This document shows positions 61,652 to 64,000 of a stretch of DNA of 64,000 bases, in pieces; position 1 is the stretch's first letter, and each line of letters begins with the position of its first letter. The notes under the pieces are model-generated. The model was not told the origin of the DNA. It made no database searches and saw only the letters and a program-made list of their open reading frames with translations. Origin of the DNA: Malacoraja senta (lineage: Eukaryota); assembly GCA_038087875.1 (NCBI GenBank), contig CM075991.1, forward strand, positions 8,000,001 to 8,064,000, read 5' to 3'. The position numbers and the translations under genes were made by a program.

Positions 61652-61968
61652 TGTAAATTGTAACCAGTAATTGGCCTTTGTAAATTGCTGCCAGTATTGG
61701 GGGGCTGCAGGCAATGCAGTGTCAATAGTGAAAGTGTAGAGAGAAGTGGGTGATAATTGGAGAAATTGGATAGGTGGGATTATTCTGAGAGCCAGCATAG
61801 ACTGGAGGGGACGAATAGCCTTGTTGTGTGCCCTGGGGAAACATGAAAAATATAAGCTATGAAAATATTGGCAGGATTTAATTGTGAAGATCTTTGTGCT
61901 CCTATCTCTGGAGTGGATCTTGAAAATAAAATACACTTTGCATTTTATTATCTATTCTTTTGTCCTTA

Positions 61969-62477
61969 AGGGCCTGTCCCACTTGGGCGACCTAATCCGC
62001 GAGTTCTGGCGAGTTTGCCCTCGACTCATACTCGCAGCATGGTCGACACGAGGTCGTAGGAGGTCTTCGTAACTCTCCTTCATGCTCGAGAGTGGTCCCC
62101 GCGTACACGAGGCCTCAGCTAGGTCGCGGCGTATTTTTCAACATGTTGAGAAATGCCCGCGAGTAAAAAAAGGTCGCCGTGGAAAAAATCGATACTTTTT
62201 TTACTCGTAGGTTTAGTCGTAGTAGGTCGGCATGTTAGTCGTAGGTAATCGAGGGTAGTCGAAGGTAGTCGTAGATAGTCTTCATCATAGTCGAAGGGAG
62301 GTCGAAGGAGATCGAAGGAGGTCGTCTTCACTCTCCACTATTTGGTGTCCAATTTTCCCGGTTAGTCGTAGCTGGTCGTAGTTAGTCTTCAACATAGTCG
62401 AAGGAGGTCTTCAACATGCCATTTTTCCTAAGCTCTTCTAAACTTGCCAATTAGGTCGCCCAAGTGGGACAGCCCCT
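61969..62477. mobile_element. Harbinger-like MITE family A, copy 4
   Basis: AGGGCCTGTCCCACTTGGGCGACCTAAT..ATTAGGTCGCCCAAGTGGGACAGCCCCT; flanks TTA / TAA. Confidence 0.88.
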
Positions 62478-62993
62478 TAACAAACTCAATGGAACGAGCT
62501 CTTCACCCAGTTTCTGGGTTAGCGCACTGCACTGAGCTGAGAGGAGATGCAGTGTCTTCACGTGTTGGCTGAACAGTTGGGGAGATAATAATGGGATCCC
62601 TATCAGATTCAGTTTAACTTTCCAAGATGTGTTTTCTTTATCTGTTTGATAAAGTTAACAGGAAAGCTGGAATAAGATTTCATTTTTCATACGAACATTA
62701 TTTTTGCCGGCCAGGATCTTATCTTTTCTGGGAGCTGATTCACTGTTCGTTCCTAGAAAGATTGATTCCACTACGGTAAGTTCCTCAGTCAACAGAGAAC
62801 ATCACTCGGCAAGACTCAGGTTCAGTTGCTGCAGTTTAGAGTCATCCAACACTTCCCTTCCCTCTCCCTTCCTCCCCCCCCCCCCCCACTTCCTCCATTC
62901 AAAGCCCATTAACCAGTTGCACAGTTCAAATACGATGTATTCCTCTTCGGAGCACACCGTCCCCAAGTCAACAATCAGCCTATCAGGGAACCT

Positions 62994-63169
62994 GTAGGAA
63001 GGAACTGCAGATGCTGGTTTAAACCGAAGGTAGACACGAAAAGCTGGAGTAACTCAGCGGGACGGGCAGCATCTCTGGAGAGAAGGAATGGGTGACGTTT
63101 CGGGTCGAGACCCGTTCCTTCTCTCCAGAGATGCTGCCTGTCCCACTGAGTTGCTCCAGCTTTTTGTGT
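62994..63169. mobile_element. Penelope pLTR fold-back with 14-bp TSD
   Basis: CTATCAGGGAACCT at 62980-93 and 63170-83. Confidence 0.85.
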
Positions 63170-63400
63170 CTATCAGGGAACCTCCTGGTCTTCTCTTGCT
63201 TCCCCTCTCCCCACCTCCCCCCCACCCCCATCCCCACAATCAGTCTGTAGAAAGGAAAAAGGGTCATGACCCATATTTATTTTCTCCAGAGATGCTGCCT
63301 GACTCAATGAGTTACCACAGCATATTGTGTCTGCCTTTGATGTAAACTAGAATCTGCAGTTCCTTTTTACTCCATACTGCATGGAAACTAGCCCTTAGGC

Positions 63401-64000
63401 CAGAGGTGGGGAACCTGCGGCCTTCTAGGCCATTAAGTGCAGCCTTTTGAATAAATCCACATTTTGTAGAACAAATCCTTTTATTTTTATTTAATTAATA
63501 TATTTTTGTTCGCCTTTTATTATCTTAAAATGAACGTGTTTAAAATACCAAAGAGTAAAGGCCCCGTCCCACTTTCCCGAGTTACTCACGAATTCTCCCG
63601 AGTTTTCCCTTGATTTCAAACTCGGAGAATGTCCGTAGCGAGGCCGTAGGAGTCCGTCGACATTTCGTAGCGGCTCGTAATGCCAGCCGTAGGTACTCGG
63701 GGCATCAGGTAAGTCGGGACGTTTTTTCAGCATGTTGAAAAATGTCCACGAGTAAAGAAAATAGCCCCCGAGTACCTACGGCTGGCATCTCCGAGTTTGA
63801 ATCAAGGGGAAAACTCGGGAGAATTCGTGAGTGACTCGGGAAAGTGGGACAGTGGCTTTAAAGAAGATTCAACGAAATAATCCTCCCCGACTGATGGCCA
63901 CAATTAAAACATTAGTAAGTCATGAGGGCTATTTTAACACCTGTTATGCTCATGATTTAGTTCTAATGCGACTCTAGAATGTACTAACGTTAACCTCCCA
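63401..64000 (+). mobile_element. Probable hAT (Charlie-like) non-autonomous element, left end
   Basis: CAGAGGTGGGGAACCTGCGGCC preceded by the 8-mer CCTTAGGC (central TA); right end not seen in the window. Confidence 0.5.
63559..63857. mobile_element. Harbinger-like MITE family D, copy 2
   Basis: ~60-bp TIRs AGGCCCCGTCCCACTTTCCCGAGTTACTCACGAATTCTCCCGAGTTTTCCC.. Confidence 0.85.

Larger units (their letters stand above)
1658..64000 (+). other. Long intron of the UNC5D-like gene (>62 kb)
   Basis: GT donor at 1658. The expected next exon (..VREV..YWCQCVAW..) was not seen in the ORF track or by eye. Confidence 0.7.

Overview
Vertebrate genomic DNA, almost certainly a cartilaginous fish (skate/ray-like), judged from its elasmobranch-type V-SINEs and CR1 LINE tails. 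The only host coding sequence I can support is one 213-nt internal exon (1445-1657, +) of a netrin receptor, most like UNC5D, encoding the start of the first Ig domain. I did not find the next exon, so the remaining ~62 kb appears to be one intron. It is packed with transposon debris: ~25-30 tRNA-derived V-SINEs; 5'-truncated CR1 fragments of several subfamilies; Rex1/Babar-, L2- and RTE-like 3' ends; Penelope-like (GIY-YIG) fragments; two hAT-like ends; and a 200-N gap. The most interesting structures are: (1) many short Penelope pLTR-derived insertions carrying a minimal hammerhead-ribozyme motif, often as perfect fold-backs with 11-17 bp target duplications, three of them at the same SINE position; (2) five related PIF/Harbinger-like MITE families sharing a terminal motif, 3-bp TWA target duplications and (in three families) a 22-bp internal palindrome; (3) a family of CpG-rich non-coding retroposons with divergent bodies but covarying 5' and 3' hairpins. 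Nearly all ORFs in the supplied track are repeat-derived or spurious. Family names come from motif recognition, not database searches, and many repeat boundaries are approximate.
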